From assembly GCA_963787035.1 (NCBI GenBank), contig CAWBBN010000009.1:28830-92829 (forward strand): DNA of 64,000 nt, in the 5' to 3' direction. Shown here piece after piece: positions 46,268 through 60,118 of this stretch. Source of the stretch: Vicinamibacteria bacterium (lineage in GTDB: Bacteria > Acidobacteriota > Vicinamibacteria > Vicinamibacterales > JAENWD01). The notes under the pieces were generated by a model. It ran no database searches. It worked only from the letters and a program-made list of their open reading frames with translations, and was not told where the DNA came from. Position 1 is the stretch's first letter; each line of letters begins with the position of its first letter. The position numbers were made by a program, and so were the translations under genes.

Positions 46268-49200
46268 ATGGCGAGGTCCCACCAGGTTCTGCTTCGGGTC
46301 GCAACAACCTAGTTGTCATTGTGTGTGCTCGGCGCGCCCGCGCTGGCCCAGCGCTCCGACCGCGCCACGATCAGCGGCGTGGTCACCGACGCGCAGGGCT
46401 CCGCCGTGCCCGGCGCGACCGTCACCATCCACAACGACGACACGAACGTGAACACCGTCGTCGTCACCAACACGTCGGGGGCGTACACCTCTCCGCCGTT
46501 GGTGCTCGGGCGGTACTCCGTGACGGTGGATCTCACCGGGTTCAAGAAGGGCGTGACGACGGGCATCGTGCTCGGAGGCGGCGACGCCATGCGTCACGAC
46601 GTGACGCTCGAGGTCGGTCAGCTCACCGAAGCGGTCGAAGTGAAGGCCACGACGGGCGGCCTGGACGACACGAAGCCGGACGTCAGCCATACGGTCGACG
46701 AGAAGTACTACAAAGACCTGCCGATGGTGACGGCCGCCGACGTGCGCCTGGCGGAATCGGCGCTGCTGATGCAGCCGGGCTACCTGCCGATGAAGCCGAA
46801 CGGCGACCCGATGTTCCGCGGCAGCCAGTTCAACTCACGCATCAACGGCGGCCAGACCATGGCCAGCGAAAACTTCTTCGATGGCGCCGCGTTCGGCTAC
46901 GCCCTGGGCCACCAGCAGAGCCACGAGAGCACGATGCCGGTCGAGTCGGTCAAGGAGATGAAGATCATCACCACGACCTACGACGCCCAATACGGCCACA
47001 CCAGCGGCGGCTTCATCGAGTACACCGCCAAGTCGGGCACCAACGCGATGCACGGCAGCGGCTACGGCTACTTCGCGGACGACTCGATGAACGCCAAGGG
47101 CTTCTTCGCCGTGGGCAAGACGCCGCTCAGCAACAACAACTACGGGTTCACCCTGGGCGGTCCGGTCGCGATTCCGAAGCTGTACGACGGCCACGACAAG
47201 ACGTTCTTCTTCGTGAACGTCGACTACACCAGGCTTCGCAGCGGCGTGCTCCCCGGCTTCGGCAACACGACGCCCACCGACGCCTTCAAGAACGGCGACT
47301 TCAGCGCCCTGCTCGGCGGCCAGATTGGCGTGGACGTCCTCGGCCGCCCGATCCTCGCGGGCCAGATCTTCAACCCGGCCACGACGCGCACGGTCAACGG
47401 CGTGCTGGTGCGCGATCCCTATCCGGGCAACATCATCCCCGGCAACGATCCGCTGAGAAGCGCGGTCGCGGCCAAGGTCGCGGCGTTGATGGTGCACCCC
47501 GATCGGCCCGGCACGGCGTTCAACGTCGCCGGCAACCCCGCGGGAGACCAGACGTGGAACCTCGATGCGCGCAACATCATGTTCCGCATCGACCACGGGT
47601 TCAACCCGAACTTCCGAATGAGCTTCAGCTTCTACTGGAACCACCGGCCGTCGATTCGAAACTGCGGCGAAGTCGCCGGGTGCACGACTCAGTTCGACGG
47701 AGAAACCACGCCAGAGAAGAACACCAGCTATTACGGCAACGGGTTCTACCAGCGCATCTCCACCCATCATGCGCATCAGCAGTTCGACTGGATCGTCAAG
47801 CCCACGCTGCTGAACCACACGACCGTCGCCTTCGACCGGTGGTTCATGGGCGGCAACTCCCTTTCCGCCGGAGCGGGCTGGCCGACGTTGCTGTTTGGGG
47901 CGAACCAGGGCGGGATCCTCCAGAACGACGCCGGCCCACCCGAGCTCGATTTCGCGGGCAACATCCCGTACAACAGCCTCGGCCAGTACCGGCTGGCCTC
48001 GATTCGGCTCCCTGGTGGCGAACCGCTGGCAGTTCTCCGACGACCTCACGTGGGTCAAGGGCCGTCACACGTTGAAGACCGGCTTCGAGTACCGCCATCA
48101 TCAGTTCCCGTTCACCGGCTGGGCGGTCGGCGCCGTCGGCGGCCAGTTCGCGTTCAACCGCCTGAACACCGGCGGCTACGACGCCAGCGGCAACAACCGC
48201 AGTGAGACGGGCGATCCGTTCGCGTCGTTCCTGCTCGGCCAGACGTTCTCGTCGAGCCAGACGATCCCCGTGGAGCCGACATTCAACGAGGCGTACACGG
48301 CGGGCTGGGTGAACGACGAGTTCAAGGTCAGCGACAAGCTGACGCTGACGATGGGCCTCCGCCTCGACTACCAGAAGGCGCGCACGGAGAGCAACAACCA
48401 GTACTCGACGTTCGACCCCAGCACGCCGAACCCCGGCGCGGGCGGGATCCCCGGAGCGCTCATCTTCGCCGGCGACGGGCAGGGCCGGTCGGGGCGCACG
48501 ACGTTCGAGAATCCGAATGTCGATTCGTGGGGCCCGCGCGTCGGCTTCGCGTATCGGGCCAACGACAAGAACGTCGTCCGCGGCGGCTACGGCATCTACT
48601 ACGCCGGCGTCGCGTTCGATCAGTTCATCGGCCAGCCGACACTCGGCTTCCAGGCGAACCTGCTCGCGCCGAACCTCACGAACGGTCGCGACCCGGCGTT
48701 CTATCTCGACAACGGCTTCCCGGCGAATCGCGTCGTCAAGCCGCCGTTCATCGACCCGTCGTTCGCCAACGGCGGAAACGTCGTCGCGGTGGCGCCCGAC
48801 GGCATCACGCTGCCGCGGTTCCAGAACTGGTCCGTCACGTGGCAGCATCAGCTCAACGAGAACATGATGCTGGACGTCTCCTACATCGGGAACCGCGGGA
48901 GCCGGCTGGATCATCACTTCCAGTCGCTCGGCGTCGACGCCAACATGAACGACCCGAGCGTGCTCGGGCTCGGCGCCAACGTGCTGAATGCCGACATCAA
49001 TTCAGCAGTGGCCCAGGCTGCGGGGATCAAGTCGCCGTATCCGGGGTTCGTCGGCAACGTCGCGCAGGCGCTGCGGAAGTACCCGCAGTACCAGCAGATC
49101 CAGTGGCGCGGTGTGCCCACCGGCGAGAGCCAGTATCACGCGCTCGAACTGGTCCTCGAGCGGCGCTTCTCGCGCGGCCTTCAGTTCCGCGTCGGGTACA

Positions 49201-49863
49201 CGTACTCCCGCCTGCGGAACAACGGCGCCGAGAGCGCGCAGGGCGACAACGGCATCAACGCGCGCGTGCAGAATCCGGGCAATCCGCTCGAGTGGTCGCT
49301 GAGCGCCGACGACACGCCGCACGTGTTCCTGACGGGCTTCACGTGGGAGATTCCCGGACTCGCAGAAATTCACGTCGGGCGCAGCCAAGGCGATTCTCGG
49401 AGGCTGGAACCTTGCCGGCGTCCTGAGATACGAAAGCGGCCGGCCGATGAACATCACGATGGCCAACGATCTCGGCGGCTTCCTGTTCAACGATCAGAAG
49501 CGCCCGAATCGCGCGTCCGGCGATGCCGTCGCGTCGATCAGCGGCAACTTCGATCCGAACGCCGACAACTACTTCAACAAGAACGCGTGGACCGATCCCG
49601 GGCCGCTGCAGTTCGGCAACGCGCCACGCAACGATGGCACGGTCCGATCGTTCCCGGTCTACAGCGAGGACCTGAACCTCTTCAAGGTCTTCACGATCAA
49701 GGATCAGAAGCGCATTCGATTCGAGGCGATGTTCGGGAACATCTTCAACCGGACGCTGTTCTGCGATCCGAACACGAACTGGAGCGCCGGCAGCTTCGGC
49801 ACGGTCAACACGCAGTGCAACCAGCCGCGGTCGATTCAGCTCGCGATCAGGTACGACTTCTAG
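46268..49863 (+). CDS. TonB-dependent receptor (Oar-like, N-terminal carboxypeptidase-regulatory-like domain); frame changes near 46305, 47990 and 49360
   Basis: TISGVVTDAQGSAVPGATVT, SVKEMKI.T..YDAQYG, KSGTN.HGS, WGPRVGFAY, C-terminal PRSIQLAIRYDF. Confidence 0.93.
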
Positions 49864-49894
49864 ACGGGCTGGGCCGAATCGGCACCCGGGGGGA

Positions 49895-49930
49895 TACAGC
49901 CCTGGCCTGAAAGGAGATATAAGGGCTGTA
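49895..49930 (+). promoter_or_regulatory. Intercistronic stem-loop TACAGCCCT / AGGGCTGTA
   Basis: 9-bp perfect inverted repeat between the TBDR stop and TPR start; loop contains AAAGGAG. Confidence 0.45.
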
Positions 49931-49938
49931 GGTGGCGG

Positions 49939-51494
49939 ATGCGGAGATACGGTCGAGTCGCCGGGCGCACTGCTTCTTTGCTGCGTCCTGGCGACCACGG
50001 CAACTTTCGGCGCCGATGCGCGCGACGCACTTCAGAAGGCGGCCTTGCTCGTTCAGCAGGGCCGCCTGGACGAAGCGGATCAGCAGGCCCGCCTCGCGCT
50101 TGCTGACCCCGACACTCGAGCGGCCGCGTACTCGGTGCTGGGCACCATTCGGTTCCAGCAGCAGCGCCTCCCCGAGAGCGTCGGCTTCCTGCAGAAGGCC
50201 ATCGACCTGGGGCCGCGACTTCTCGGCGCCCGCCTGACTCTCGCGCAGGTCTACACACTCCAGGGCCGGCAGGACAAAGCGCTGCCACTGCTTCGGCAAG
50301 CCATCGCCATCGATCCCTCCAATGCGGCTCCACGGCTTGCGCTCGCACGTGCCGAGACGGAAAGAGGCCACTACTCCGCCTCCCTGGAGCTGGCGGCGCC
50401 TGTGCTCCCGGCGTTCCAGCAATCGCCCGACGGCCTCGTCGTGCTCGCGACGAACTACCTGAAGACCAACCACAAGAAATCGGCGGCGGCGCTGGCGGCC
50501 AGGTGGAATGACCTGCCGAACGCTCCGCAGGACTGGTCAGTGAAGTTTGCGATCGTCTTGCTGGAGGGTGGCGTCGTCTCCGAGGCGATCGGCGTCCTCG
50601 AGCGAGCAAAACAGGCGGGACCGCCGTCGTTCGAGCTGGACTTCAACCTCGCCGGCGCGTATCTGCTGAACGGCGATGCTGCCCGCGCGCTCGAGACGTA
50701 CGACGAAGCGCTGGCCGTCAAGCCGGATTCGGTCGCGGCGCTGCAACAGGCCGCCGTCACCGCCGAGCGCACGGGCCAGCTCGAACGGTCGCTGTCGTAC
50801 TGGATTCGCGCGAAGAAACTCGCGCCCGACACGCCTGAAGTCCTTCTCGGCTTCGGGCGGGTCTGCCTGAAGATGGATCTCCTGGACGATGCGGAGCCGG
50901 CTCTGGCCAGAGCGGCGACTCCTGAAGCCGAACGAGCTGACGTATCAGTACACGCTGGCCGTCGCGAAAGTGGGCAAGCGGGAATTCGAAGCCGCCCAGC
51001 AGTTGCTCGAACCGCTTGCCGCGGCACGGCCGGACGATTCCGGCCTGCAGTACGGCCTTGGAGCCGTCCTCTACGTGCAGGGACATCTTGCGGAGGCATC
51101 CGCCCGCCTGAAGGACAGCGTTCGCCTGCAGCCAGACCAGCTCGCGGCGCCTTACTATCTCGCGCTCGCCGAGCGCGATCAGGGGCACGACGCCGACGCC
51201 ATCGACATCCTGCGTGCGCTGCTGCAGCGCCATCCCGATCACGCCGCGTCTTACGAAGCGCTTGGCGGACTGCTGATGACCGCCCAGAAGTACGAGGAGG
51301 CCGAGGTCAACCTGCAGAAGGCCGTGCAGTTGAACCCGAAGTCGGTGAAGGCCAACTACCAGCTCGGCCTGTTGCTCGCTCGCCTCGGCCGCAAGGAAGA
51401 GGCCGACAAGCAGCTCGCCCTTGCCAAGACGCTTCGCCAGGACGACGAGGCCACCTCGCGGCTGCAGTTGCGGCTGATGGAGCCGACGCCATGA
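49939..51494 (+). CDS. Exported tetratricopeptide repeat protein 1; frame changes near 49965 and 50920
   Basis: Signal peptide, then repeated A..LG..A...KA..L.P units in ORFs 50045 and 50889. Confidence 0.87.
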
Positions 51495-54400
51495 GAACGC
51501 CAGGCGTGGTGCTCATCGCCTGCGCGCTGGCGCTGCCGGCGTCCGCGTCCCAGGCGCCCGCGCGGCAGCCCGCGCCGGCGCGCAAGGCTGCCCCGTCACC
51601 GCCCGCGTCGGTCGGCGACCTTGAAGCGGCCGTCAAGCGCGACCCCGGCAACGCGAAGCTGCTGGTCGCGCTCGGCCTCGCCTACTGGGATCGGAACGAG
51701 GAAGACAAGGCGCTGGAGACGTTTCGGACGGCGGTCAAGGTGGCGCCGCGTTCGGCGGAAGCGCACAACTGGCTCGGCGTCGCGCTGTCCGGGAAGGCGG
51801 ATCTGCCCGGCGCGATCGCCGAGTTGAAGAAGGCGGTCGAGCTCGACCCGAAGTACGGCCGCGCGTACACCAACCTGGGCGCCGCGCTGGCGCAAGAGCG
51901 GCGACTTCACGGCCGCGGTCGGCGCATTTCAGAAGGCGCTGGCCCTCGAGCCGAACAACCTGGCGGCCCACACGAACCTCGGGCTCGCGCTGCGCGAGAA
52001 GGGCGATCTCGACGCCGCCCTGGTCCACCTTCGTCGTGTCGCCGATCGCGATCCCGAGAACGCCGCCATCCAGTACGAGCTCGGCCTGACGCTCCGGCAG
52101 AAAGGCGACCTTGCCGAAGCCGTGACGACGCTGGAGCGGGCGCTCGAGCTCGACCCCGAGATGCGCGAGGGCTACTACGCGCTGGGCATGGCGTTGAAGC
52201 AGCAGGCCGCGGCCACGCGGAAAGCGGCGCCCCCGTCGAGCAGTCCGGCGGACGCGCACGTCGCGCGTGGGCAGGAGGCGTTGACGCGCGGAGACTTCGA
52301 TGGCGCGCGCGACGAGCTCGCCGCGGCCGTGTCGGCCGACGACACGAACGCCGAGGCGCACAACCTTCTCGGATACGTGCTCGGGCAGCGCCGCGAGCTG
52401 GCCGTGGCGATCGACCAGCTTCAGCGGGCGATCGCGCTCCGGCCTGAGTACCCCGACGCGCACTACAACCTGGGAGTCGCGTTGTGGTACAGCGGCAGGA
52501 AGGACGACGCGATCCGCGAGCTGCGCGTCAGCCTGCAGCAGGATCCGTCGCTCGGCGCGAGCTGCGCGTTTCTCGGATCGGCGCTCAAAGACCAGGGCGA
52601 CCTTCCCGGCGCCCGGCGCAGCCTGCAGCACGCGATCGCGCTGTTGCCTCCGACGCCAGCCATTTACGTCGACCTCGGCATCGTGTTCTTGCGCGGCAAC
52701 GATCTCGCTCGCGGAGCCGGGCAGCTCGAAGCCGCGCTCAACATGACGGGCGACGGCCCTGCCGGCGCCGGACTGGGACGCCGCCGTCGCCAGCCTGCGG
52801 CCGCTGCTCGCCGCCAACCCGAACTCCGCCGAGGGCCACAACGTGCTCGGCCTCCTCCTCGGCCGCAGGGGAGCGAGCGCTGAGGACGTCGCGGCGCAGT
52901 TCCGCGAAGCGATCCGTCTGCGCCCGGACTACGCGGCGGCGCACAACAACCTTGGTCTGGTGCTGCTGCAATCGGGTGACGACGCGGCAGGCAATCGCGG
53001 AGCTGCGCGAGGCCGTCCGCTTGAGGCCGGACTACGCCGACGCGCACGACAATCTCGGCGCGGCGCTCACGCCGACGGACGTCAACGAAGCGATTCGAGA
53101 GCTGGAGCTCGCGCTGAAGCTGGCGCCGAACTCGGTCAAGGCGATGTACAACCTCGCGATCGCCTACGGCGCCAGCCCCGACCGTGGGCCGGCCGCGGAG
53201 ATCGAGCAACTGCGGAAGGTGATCTCGCTCGAGCCGTCGTTCGCCCGGGCCCATCTCGCGCTCGGCAAGGCGCTGCTGCAGGACGGCAAGGTTCCCGAGG
53301 CCATCGACGCGCTTCAACAGGCCGCGCGGCTCGATCCGGAGAACGGCGAGGCTCACTACCAGCTTGGCCTCGCGCTGGCGCGCAGCGGACGAAAGGACGA
53401 GGCGTCAGCCGAGCTCCAGAAGGGACGTGAGCTCGTGGCTGCCAGCGACCGCGCACAGAACGCGGGCCTGGACCTCGCCGAGGGACGCGTTGCGCTGCAG
53501 AAAGGCGATCTGGAGCAGGCCGTCTCGAAGTTTCGCCGCGCCCTTCAGGCGCAGCCCGACTCCGTGGAAGCGAAGCAGCTGCTCGACGAAGCGCTCGCGA
53601 AGCAGCGGAAGCCAGACACCGGGTCCGCCGCTGACGACGCCACTCGTGAGGCGGACATCGAGAATTACATTCGCCAGGAGCGATACGTGGAGGTCGAACC
53701 GCTGCTCGCCGAGTACGTCACCGCGCATCCCGCGTCATCGTGGGGCTGGTACGCGCTCGGCTACAGCCAGTTCGCGCAGAAGAAGATCGGCGAATCCATC
53801 AAGTCACTCGCGAAGTCGTTGCAGCTCGACATCAAGAACGCCGAGGCGCACAAGATTCTCGGCCGCAGCCTGATGACGATCGGCCGCTTCGACGCCGCGC
53901 AGCTCGAGTTCGAACAGGGCATCCGCTACAAGCCCGACTCGGCCGAGATTCACTACAATCTCGGCAAGCTGCTCTCCATCCAGGACAACTGGGAGCCGGC
54001 GCGCAAGCACTTCGAGGCGGCGCTCGCGATCGACCCGTCCTACCTCGAGGCGCTGGACGCGCTGGGCCTCACGCAGGAGGCGCTCGGAGACGATGCCGGC
54101 GCGGTGGCGAGCTACGAGAAAGCCATCGCGCTGAACCAGCAGCGGAGTGGCCACTTCGCATCGGCGCACGTGAACCTGAGCGCCTACTACAATCGCACCG
54201 GCGACGCGGTGAAGGCGCTCGAGTACGCGAAGAAGGCCGTGGAGCTCGACCCGCAATCCGACCGCGCGTATTTCCAGCAGGGACGCGCCGAGGAGCGGCA
54301 GGGCCAACTGGACGCCGCCGTCGCGGCGCTGAACCAGGCCATCGTCCTCAACCCGCGTGCGTCGTCCTATTACTATGTGCTCTCCGGCGTCTACCGGCGG

Positions 54401-54530
54401 CTCGGCATGATGGACGAAAGCAAGAAGGCCCTCGACATGTTCACGCGCCTCGACAAGGAGACCACCGCGATGGACCAGATGCGGCGGCGCGGGGCCGAGG
54501 CCGCCGCGCCTCGCGGCGACGCCGAGATAG
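51491..54530 (+). CDS. Large exported tetratricopeptide repeat protein 2 (~1000 aa); several frame changes
   Basis: MRTPGVVLIACALALPASASQA signal; many AH.NLG.AL TPR units across ORFs 50045, 52122 and 52484. Confidence 0.85.
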
Positions 54531-54534
54531 CCGC

Positions 54535-56342
54535 GTGCGCCTCGGAGATCTGCGCAGGCCTTCGCGCCGGGACGTGCTGCGGTTGCTGGGCGGGGCGAGC
54601 GCGACGTCGCTCATGCCGTTCGGCCAATCGACGGGCCGGCGTGGGCCGGCGGCCGCGCGCGAGCCGGCGTCGTCTTCACCGACGTCACCGACGCCTGCTG
54701 GACTCCAGAAGGCCGTCAATATCTCGGGCAGCCGGACCGACAAGCAGTTCCTGCTCGAGGAAATGGGCGGCGGCGCGGCGTTCTTCGACTACGACAACGA
54801 CGGCTGGCTCGACATCTTCCTCGTGAACGGCACGAGCCTCGACCCGGTGGTCCGCGATCGGAAGCCGACAAGCTATCTGTTCAAGAACAACCGAGACGGC
54901 ACGTTCACCGACGTGACCGCGAAGGCCGGCCTGACGCGTTCGGGCTGGGGCCAGGGGTGCTGCGTCGGCGACTACGACAACGACGGGTTCGACGATCTGT
55001 TCGTCTCGTACTTCGGCCACAACGTGCTGTACCACAACAACGGCGACGGCACGTTCACGGACGTCTCGGCGCAGGCGGGCGTCTCGGGATCCGGCACGGC
55101 GTGGGGCGCGGGCTGCGCGTTTCTCGACTACGACCGCGACGGCCATCTCGATCTCTTCGTCGCGAACTACGTGAACTTCGACCCGGAGAAGGCGCCGCAT
55201 CCGGGCGACTCGGCGTATTGCCGCTACAACGAGATTCCGGTGCCCTGCGGCGTCGCTCGGCTTCGCGGGCGGCACGAACCTCCTCTACCGCAATCGCGGC
55301 GACGGGACCTTCGCGGACGTCTCGGCCGAGTCCGGCATCGCCAGACCGCGGGGGCCATCGTCGATGGTGTTCGTCCCGACGCGGGTGGCAGGCGATCGGA
55401 TCGTACGGAATGGGCGCCGCCGTCGCGGACTTCGACAACGACGGCTGGCCCGACATCTACGTCGCCTGCGACAGCGCTCCCAGCCTGCTCTATCGCAACA
55501 ACCACGACGGGACGTTCCGCGAAGTCGCCGTCCCTGCGGGCTGCGCGCTCGACGAGAGCGGGGTCGCGCTGGCCGGCATGGGCGTCGGCGTGGCCGACTA
55601 CGACGGCGACGGCGCGCTCGACATCGTGCGGACGAATTTCTCGGAGCAGGTGACGACGCTCTACCGGAACATCGGATCGGGCTTCGGCGACGCGAGCATC
55701 AGCGCGGGCCTCGGCGTGAACCGCAAGTACGTCGGCTTCGGCGTCGGGTTCCTCGACGTCGACAACGACGGGTGGAAGGACATCTTCGTCGCCAACGGCC
55801 ACGTGTACTCGCAGCTCGAGGGACGGCAGCTTCACGTCACGTATCGACAGCCCAGGCTCGTGTATCGCAATCTCGGAACCGGGCGCTTCGAGGACGTCTC
55901 GGCGAAGATGGGTCCGGCCCTCCGCGCCGAGAACGTCGGCCGCGGCTGCGCCTTCGGCGACTTCGACAACGACGGCGACGTGGACGTCCTCGTCAACAAC
56001 CTGGATGGCCCGCCGACACTGCTGCGCAACGACGGCGGCAACAGGAGCAACTGGATTCTGATCAAGTGCGTGGGGACGAAATCGAATCGATCGGCGATCG
56101 GCGCGCGCGTCCGCGTGACGAGCGGCGGCCGGACGCAGATCGACGAAGTCCGGAGCGGATCGAGCTACTACTCGCAGCACGATCTCCGGCTGCATTTCGG
56201 TCTCGGCCGCGCGGAGAAGGTGGACGCAGTGGACATCACGTGGCCCTCGGGCGAGAAGGAAGCCCTTCGCGACCTGCCGGCCAATCGCCTCATCGTCGTC
56301 CAGGAGACCAAGGGTGTCGTCGAGACCCGTGCATTCCGGTAG
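54535..56342 (+). CDS. CRTAC1 / ASPIC-UnbV family FG-GAP beta-propeller protein 1, Tat signal; frame changes
   Basis: SRRDVL, EEMGGGAAFFDYDNDGWLDIF, repeated DxDxDG, SNRSAIGARV, SYYSQHDLRLHFGLG. Confidence 0.9.
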
Positions 56343-58097
56343 CGGGCGCACCGTCCTCACGCGCCGTGCGCTCCTCGGTTTGATGGCGTACCCGGCGGGG
56401 GTCGCGTTCGGCCAGGGGATCTCGTCGCGCGGCGTCAGGCCACAGCCGCGCGGCAAGCCGTCGGGCCGGCCATTCCTGGCACGGTTCACCGACGTCGCGC
56501 CGCAGGCGGGACTCACCCATCCGGTTGTCTACGGCGGCGTCGACGCCAAGAGCTACATCGTCGAGGTCGTCGGGTGCGGCGTCGCGTTTCTCGACTACGA
56601 CAACGACGGCTGGCTCGACGTCTTCCTGCTGAGCGGGACGAGGCTGGATGGCGCACCGGCGGGCACGACGAACCGGCTCTACAAGAACAACCGCAACGGC
56701 ACGTTCACCGACGTCACCGAGAAGGCCGGCCTCACGTTCGCTGGTTGGGGCTCGGCGGTCACCGTCGGCGACTACGACAACGACGGCTTCGACGATCTCT
56801 TCATCACGTGCTACGGGCACAACCTGCTGTATCACAACAACGGCGACGGCACGTTCACCGACGTGACCGAGAAGGCGGGCCTGCGCGATGCCACGGCGCG
56901 CTACGGCTCGGGCTGCACGTGGGTCGACTACGACCGCGACGGCCGGCTGGACCTCTTCGTCGCGACGTACCTCGACACGACCATCGAGAAGCTGCCGAAG
57001 CCCGGAGAGAACCCTGATTGCCGCTGGAAGGGCGTGCCCGTGAACTGTGGTCCACGAGGGCTGCCGACGGGTCACGTGCAGCTGTTCCACAACAACGGAG
57101 ACGGCACGTTCACGGACGTCAGCCGCCAGTCCGGCGTGGCCGCCGCCTCTGGCGCCTATCCGATGACGGCCGTCGCGGCCGACTACGACAACGACGGCTG
57201 GCCCGACATCTACGTCGCGTGCGACTCCACGCCGAGCTGGCTGTTTCGCAACCAGCGCGACGGCACGTTCCGCGAGGAAGGCCTCGAGCGCGGCGTGGCG
57301 CTGAGCGAGGACGGCCTTGAACAGGCGGGCATGGGGATTGGCGTCGGCGACTACGATCTCGACGGCAACCTCGACATCTTCAAGACGCATTTCTCCGACG
57401 ACACCAACGTCCTGTACCGGAACGACGGCAAGGGCTACTTCAACGACTCGACGATCCGCGCGGGCATCGGCGTCGAGACGCGCTACGTTGGCTGGGGCGC
57501 GGGCGTCGTCGATCTGGACAACGACGGCCTCCCGGATCTGTTCGTGGCGACCGGCGGCGTCTACCCGGAGGTCGAGCGGCAGGTGCCGGCCTATCCGTTC
57601 CGCACGCCGCGCCTCGTCTTCCGGAACCTGGGCGACGGGAGGTTCGAGGAGTTGATCGAGGAGGCCGGGCCCGGCATCGCCGCGACGCACGCCAGCCGCG
57701 GCTGCGCGTTCGGCGACTTCGACAACGACGGCGACGTCGATGTGCTCGTGGTCAACCTGAACGAGCCGCCGTCGCTCCTCAGGAACGACGTCACGAGCGG
57801 CGGCCATTGGCTGAAGGTGCTGCTGGTCGGCGTCACGTCGAACCGGAGCGCGATCGGCGCGCGCGTGACGGCCCGGTACGGCGATCGCCTCCAGGCGCAG
57901 GAGGTCACGGCGCAATCGAGCTTCTACTCGGCCAACGACCGGCGCCTGCATTTCGGCCTCGGTCCGGTCGACGGGCGCGGATCTTGACGATCCGATGGCC
58001 CAACGGCGCGACGGAACAAGTCGCCAACGTCGCAGCCAATCAACTCGTCGTCATTCGCGAAGGCGCAGGCGTGATCCGCAAGGAGACATTCGCATGA
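56329..58097 (+). CDS. CRTAC1 / ASPIC-UnbV family protein 2, Tat signal; frame change near 57975
   Basis: TRRALL, GVAFLDYDNDGWLD, SNRSAIGARV, SFYSANDRRLHFGLG. Confidence 0.92.
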
Positions 58098-60105
58098 GGC
58101 CAGGGGCATTCGGCGTCTCGCTCGGGCTGGTGCTGGCGCTGCTCGCGTCCCCCCGTGCCGCCGAGCGCCAGGCGCAACCGACGGCGACCGTTCGCATCGA
58201 CATCGACGCCGGCCAGGTCGAAGGCCGGATCAGCCCGCTGCTCTACGGCCAGTTCATGGAGTTCATGTTCGAGGGCGTCAAGGGCGGGCTGCACGCGGAG
58301 CTGCTGCGCAACCGCAGCTTCGAGGAGGACGCGAACGTCATCGGGCTCTCACGCCGCTGGGAACGCTATCCGGACGACCGAGACGACGACTACGGCTTGA
58401 CGTTCGCAACGGGTTGACGACGTCGTCGTATCCGGCGCGCCCGGACGCGGACGGGACCGTCGGCGGGCACTCGCTGAAGGTGCAGATTCGTCCAGCCGTC
58501 ATCGAGCGTCACGGCGTGTATCAGGCGCCAATCCCTGTCAGGCAAGGCATTGAGTACCGCGGCTATTTGTGGATGAAGACGGAGGGCTTCAAGGGCGACG
58601 TACGCGTCGCGCTCGAGTCCGCGACGAGCGGCGGCCGGATCTACGCCGAGGCAGCGCTCGCGAACGTGTCGGGCGACTGGAAGCAATATCCGTTCGCGCT
58701 CAGCGCCGACGGCGACCGATCCGCAGGCGCGCTTCGCGATTCTGTTTTCCGGCGAAGGCACGGTCTGGGTCGACCAGGCCTCGCTGATGCCGGGCGACGC
58801 CGTGGACGGCGTCCGCGGCGACGTCCTCTCGAAGGTCAAGGCGCTGTCGCCGCGATTCCTCCGCTGGCCTGGCGGGAACGTCGCGCAGGACTACCACTGG
58901 CGCTGGGGCGTCGGGCCGCGCGATGAGCGGCCGCTCTGGGTCAACCTCTCGTGGAAGAACGAGCTCGAACCGGGCGACTTCGGCACCGACGAGTTCATCC
59001 GATTCGCCAGAAACGTCGGCGCCGAGCCGACGCTGACGGTCAACGTCGAGGGACGCGGCGCCACGGTGGAGGAAGCCGCGGCGTGGGTCGAGTACTGCAA
59101 CGGCCCGGCGACCTCGACCTACGGCGCGATGCGCGCGCGCAACGGGCATCCGGAGCCTTACCACGTCAAGTACTGGGAGATCGGCAACGAGATCTGGGGC
59201 GACTGGGTCCGCGCGCACTCGGACGCCGCGACCTACGCGCGCAACCTGACGCGCTACGCTGCCGCCATGCGGGCGGTCGATCCCTCCATCACGCTGATCG
59301 CGGTGGGCGACAACGACATGGCCTGGAATCGCACCGTGCTTGGATCGGGCGAGCGCTTCGACTACCTCGCGATCCATCACTACTACGGTCAGCGCGACAT
59401 GGCCGGCGATCCGCGCAACCTGATGGCCCGCCCGCTCCACTACGATCGGTTCTACGGCGAGGTGGACGCGATGCTGCGCGAGCAGCCGGCCGACCGTCGG
59501 CCACAGCTCGCGATCAACGAATGGGGGCTGGATCTCCCCGAGTCGCAGCAGTATTCGATGCTCGGCGCGCTCTACGCCGCGCGGCTGATGAACGTCTTCG
59601 AACGCCGCGGCGATCTCGTCGGGATGAGTGCCGTCTCCGACCTCGTCAACGGCTGGCCCGGCGGGATCATCCAGGCGGCTCGCGACGCCGTGTTCGTCAC
59701 GCCCGCGTACCTGGTGAACCGCCTGTACGCCACGCGCGTCGGCGCGGAACGCATCGCCACGCGAGTGGCCGGACCGACGTTCTCCAGTACCCGCGAGGGC
59801 GACGGCGTGCCCGCGGTTGACGTCGTCACGACACGTTCGGCCGACGGACGGCACCTGTTCATCAAGGCCGTCAACACCGACCTCGAACACCCGGTCTCGG
59901 CCCTCATCAGCGTGCAGCGGCGCACGGGTCGCCTCGAAGGGAACGCTCGAGCGCGTGCACGCGGACTCCCTGACCGCGGTCAACAGCTTCCGAACTCCGG
60001 ACGCCGTCGAGCATCACCACGCAGCCCCTGGCCGGCTCGAGTGCGCTGACGCTCGTCCTCCCGAGCCACTCGGTGTCGGTCATCACGCTCGACCTCCTGC
60101 ACTGA
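58094..60105 (+). CDS. GH51-like glycoside hydrolase with inserted CBM-like domain; several frame changes
   Basis: ISPLLYGQFMEF, LRWPGGN, FGTDEF, WEIGNE (acid/base), INEWG (nucleophile). Confidence 0.85.
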
Positions 60106-60118
60106 GGCCGCGATTCCG

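Noticed and set aside
49911-49921. AAGGAGATATA, identical to the T7 gene 10 / pET ribosome-binding site
   Set aside because: Only 11 bp, with no other vector sequence and no ATG at the expected spacing; treated as coincidence.
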